Shown here: positions 23,587 through 26,083 of the stretch, piece after piece
Numbering within the stretch: position 1 is the first letter of the stretch
Layout: each line of letters starts with the position of its first letter
DNA from: a virus
Lineage: Duplodnaviria; Caudoviricetes
Reading direction: 5' to 3' (one strand)
DNA: 26,083 nucleotides
IMG/VR virus record: IMGVR_UViG_3300037461_000659
Location: 1 to 26,083 of that record
Position numbers and translations under genes: made by a program
Notes under the pieces: model-generated
Databases searched by the model: none
The model's input: the letters and a program-made list of their open reading frames with translations, nothing else
Told to the model about the DNA's origin: nothing

Positions 23587-23910
23587 ATGAAACGCAAAAG
23601 AATCTATAAAAAGTTAGTCAGGGACAACATCCCCGACATGATTGTGGCGAATGAACAGGAACCTGAATTTTACATTTTTCCTGAACAGGATTTTGAGAAC
23701 GAATTGATACTGAAACTCCAAGAGGAATCAGGGGAATACTTGGAGAGCAAAAACCCCGAAGAACTCGCAGACATCCTAGAGATACTGTTGGAGTTGGCAA
23801 AGGTCAGAAACATCACGCTTGCCGAGATAGAAGCACTCAGGCAGAAAAAGTTGGCTGAACGTGGCGGCTTCTCCAAGCGTATATTCTTAGTAAAAGTAGA
23901 GGAGAAATAA
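23587..23910 (+). CDS. MazG-like (all-alpha) house-cleaning NTP pyrophosphohydrolase, COG4997 type
   Basis: KLVRDNIP, KLQEESGE, EELADILE, KK..ERGGF..RIFL. Confidence 0.9.
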   Translation: MKRKRIYKKLVRDNIPDMIVANEQEPEFYIFPEQDFENELILKLQEESGEYLESKNPEELADILEILLELAKVRNITLAEIEALRQKKLAERGGFSKRIFLVKVEEK

Positions 23911-23911
23911 A

Positions 23912-24088
23912 ATGAGTGATGAAAAAATCGAATTTAAGATTGGAGACGTTGTAGTTTTAAACAGCGGCGGCCCAGACATGACCATCGTTTCCTTTGAGGG
24001 AGGGACTAGACTTCTTTGTTCTTGGGTATCGGATAATGGAAATTTTTCTGCTGTCTTTGATAGCAGATGTTTAACGAAGAAAAGATAG
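23912..24088 (+). CDS. YodC/DUF2158-family small protein (58 aa, not in the ORF track)
   Basis: FKIGDVVVLNSGGPDMTI...LCSW; RBS GAGGAG. Confidence 0.85.
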   Translation: MSDEKIEFKIGDVVVLNSGGPDMTIVSFEGGTRLLCSWVSDNGNFSAVFDSRCLTKKR

Positions 24089-24097
24089 GGGGCTTAA

Positions 24098-24307
24098 ATG
24101 AGCATGACCAAGGAAGAATTTTACGACAAGATTGACAAAATTCGTGAGATTGTGGATGGTCTAGGTGATTCGAACGATGTCAACGTGGATGATGCTCTCA
24201 TCCTGTTGGATGAACTGAAGTCCGATGCCGAACAGGTGATTCAAGATGAATATGACTTGGGGTTGAATCGTGGGTGGAACCACATTGACGAGGAAGAGCA
24301 GTTTTAA
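24098..24307 (+). CDS. Small acidic hypothetical protein
   Basis: RBS AGGGGG; 69 aa. Confidence 0.7.
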   Translation: MSMTKEEFYDKIDKIREIVDGLGDSNDVNVDDALILLDELKSDAEQVIQDEYDLGLNRGWNHIDEEEQF

Positions 24308-24753
24308 TGAATAAAGAAGGACTCAGTTCTCAATTGCGTAGTTTCTACGCCAAGACCAAGCGACAGGTCAACCTAGGCGAAAGTGAGTTCGTCCTAGAGA
24401 ACATCTTTGGGATTGAGAACATCAAGACGCTCGTGAACGAACAGTTCGAAGAGGTCTATCAAAACTTTTTCGTAACGAAGAAAATCGACACGACAAAGAG
24501 GGAACTGTTTTCTTACGCCGACATCTACGACTTCATCAACACCCTGTTAAATATCGACCCAGACGACCTGATTATCTTTTTCACGCACGGCGAAATACTT
24601 GAATACACCTTGTCGTTGGTGAACGTGTTAAACAGAGCCTTCAACAATTGGATTCAGAACAGGAAGAGCGGCTTCAGAAAGGGAACTAGAATTTTCTTGG
24701 AAATGGATTCCGAGGGGATTCACCTGTACTTGAAGCCTGAGATAAAGACTTAA
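24307..24753 (+). CDS. Hypothetical protein
   Basis: TAATG coupling; 148 aa. Confidence 0.7.
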   Translation: MNKEGLSSQLRSFYAKTKRQVNLGESEFVLENIFGIENIKTLVNEQFEEVYQNFFVTKKIDTTKRELFSYADIYDFINTLLNIDPDDLIIFFTHGEILEYTLSLVNVLNRAFNNWIQNRKSGFRKGTRIFLEMDSEGIHLYLKPEIKT

Positions 24754-25013
24754 TGACTTATACAGTTTGGAGTTATGATGCCGCAGGTAGGGTTATAATG
24801 CCTAGTCCCGATGACGGCAGACCATCTACCGATGATGTGTATGCCCAACTCAGTAACTATGCCGAGTTGAATGGCATAAGCCAACTTCTGAAAGATGCGA
24901 AAATGGTTCTAGAAATATACCCCGCTGTAAGGATGTTGCTGAAAAGAAATTATCCGCAAAACCAAGACCAAATCACGCTGTGGGAAAAATTACACGGGTG
25001 TGATGTTACGTGA
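24753..25013 (+). CDS. Hypothetical protein
   Basis: TAATG coupling; 86 aa. Confidence 0.65.
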   Translation: MTYTVWSYDAAGRVIMPSPDDGRPSTDDVYAQLSNYAELNGISQLLKDAKMVLEIYPAVRMLLKRNYPQNQDQITLWEKLHGCDVT

Positions 25014-25026
25014 TAAGGAGAGTAAA

Positions 25027-25458
25027 ATGAAAATAGTTATCAACAAATGCTACGGCGGCTTTGGGTTGTCTTTGGCGGCTCAGAAGGAGTACTTGAAAAG
25101 GAAAGGCAAGAAAGCCTTCTTCTACGAACAGACCCAGTACGAACACAGAGACGGCAAGAATGAGTACACACGACTTGATAAGATAAACAAAGAAAACTCA
25201 GAGATGGGTGTTTTTTGTTCTACGAAAGACTTAGGCAAGACCACAAAGAAATACCCTAGCAACAAAGATTTTTTTTACTACGGTAATATCGACAGGACTG
25301 ACCCCGACCTAGTTGCAGTCGTTGAGAAATTGGGCAATAAGGCAAACGGTTGGGCAGCAAAACTCAGGGTTGTCGATATTCCTGATGGCGCACGATATTC
25401 AATTGACGATTACGATGGAGTTGAATCCATCCACGAATCGCACGAAGTTTGGGGTTAA
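25027..25458 (+). CDS. Conserved phage hypothetical protein (KIVIN.CYGGFGLS...RTDP.LV.VVE.LG...I.DYDG.E type)
   Basis: Start reassigned to ATG 25027 after AAGGAG; family pattern recognised by eye. Confidence 0.8.
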   Translation: MKIVINKCYGGFGLSLAAQKEYLKRKGKKAFFYEQTQYEHRDGKNEYTRLDKINKENSEMGVFCSTKDLGKTTKKYPSNKDFFYYGNIDRTDPDLVAVVEKLGNKANGWAAKLRVVDIPDGARYSIDDYDGVESIHESHEVWG

Positions 25459-25463
25459 ATTGA

Positions 25464-25562
25464 ATGACACCACGTGAACTTTTATTCGGTTGGGGAGTTT
25501 TTCTTATTGGTTATTTTATTTTTTGGATGCTGAGAATACATAAAAAGAGGAAGAAATTATAA
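25464..25562 (+). CDS. 32-aa single-TM peptide with a basic tail, not in the ORF track
   Basis: MTPRELLFGWGVFLIGYFIFWMLRIHKKRKKL; fills the intergenic gap. Confidence 0.5.
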   Translation: MTPRELLFGWGVFLIGYFIFWMLRIHKKRKKL

Positions 25563-25567
25563 CCAAG

Positions 25568-25578
25568 TATGGTATAAT
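25568..25578 (+). promoter_or_regulatory. Extended -10 promoter TATGG-TATAAT, leaderless
   Basis: ATG 25585 lies 6 nt after the -10 box; no Shine-Dalgarno. Confidence 0.7.
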
Positions 25579-25584
25579 TAAAGA

Positions 25585-25863
25585 ATGGGAAAAGATATCA
25601 AAATAACTTACGATGGCGAGTATCCGAATCTGTGTTCAGGAACGTTAGTCGTTAAAATAGGGAAACGGGAATGGACTTTTCCTGACTACTCCTTGTCGAG
25701 CGGCGGCTCTGTTTCGTTCGATGAAGATTGGCAAGAAAATGTTACGAGTGGCGAGTGGTCTATTTCTGAGTGGCCTAAAGATTTTCCCGAAGATTTGAAA
25801 GAAGAAGTTTTGGACGCAATCAACGCAGAAATTCCTTGGGGATGTTGCGGCGGGTGTGTCTAA
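25585..25863 (+). CDS. Hypothetical protein with C-terminal GCCGGC motif
   Basis: YDG.YPNLC.G and PWGCCGGCV; 92 aa. Confidence 0.75.
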   Translation: MGKDIKITYDGEYPNLCSGTLVVKIGKREWTFPDYSLSSGGSVSFDEDWQENVTSGEWSISEWPKDFPEDLKEEVLDAINAEIPWGCCGGCV

Positions 25864-25875
25864 GGAGTAATTAGT

Positions 25876-26083
25876 TTGAAAAGTAAAGTAGCAAAGGATA
25901 GGTTTTATATTGAGTGTTCGTGTACTAGCCCTGACCATCTTCTCGTGTTCGATTTTTGGGACTTCGGGAAGGAAGTCAACTACACGGAAATGTCGGCGCA
26001 GTTCACAAGTCCCTATCACGATTCTTTTTGGAAACGGCTGAGATATTTTTTCAAGTATCTGTTCAACAAGGAGAGGTACTTGG
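25876..26083 (+). CDS. Phage hypothetical protein, 3' truncated by the window
   Basis: RBS AAGGAG, TTG start; IECSC.SPDH...FWKRLRYFFKYLF; open to the window end. Confidence 0.65.
   Translation, partial: MKSKVAKDRFYIECSCTSPDHLLVFDFWDFGKEVNYTEMSAQFTSPYHDSFWKRLRYFFKYLFNKERYL

Noticed and set aside
1-26083. Stop-codon reassignment
   Set aside because: Coding density is high under code 11, and TAG, TGA and TAA all end genes directly before a new RBS or start

Overview
This window looks like a fragment of a large, T4-style tailed phage genome, with no cellular housekeeping genes and the standard genetic code. Bases 1-11.7 kb form a late/virion module: fibre proteins, two proteins built from long (G/A)-X-S triplet repeats ('SGYSG'), three tandem paralogous 7-repeat beta-propeller-like proteins, and a glycosyltransferase-methyltransferase fusion. 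Bases 11.7-16 kb hold a DUF6267-like ligase/nucleotidyltransferase between two paralogous GIY-YIG homing endonucleases, then a late operon of small proteins whose leaders resemble capsid-targeting sequences. Bases 16-17.8 kb hold a Cys-rich, winged-helix initiator-like gene followed by a ~470 nt structured non-coding region (candidate origin or ncRNA). Bases 17.8-26 kb are early-type hypothetical genes behind extended -10 sigma70 promoters, several apparently leaderless. They are interrupted by a minus-strand late operon (head-fibre-like genes, holin-like gene) and include a MazG-like pyrophosphatase and a YodC-like gene. The best candidates for new biology are a virion glycosylation/SGYSG-fibre system with hypervariable propellers, a capsid-packaged cargo set, and the initiator plus GAA-hairpin locus. 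All family assignments come from motif recognition by eye, with no database search.
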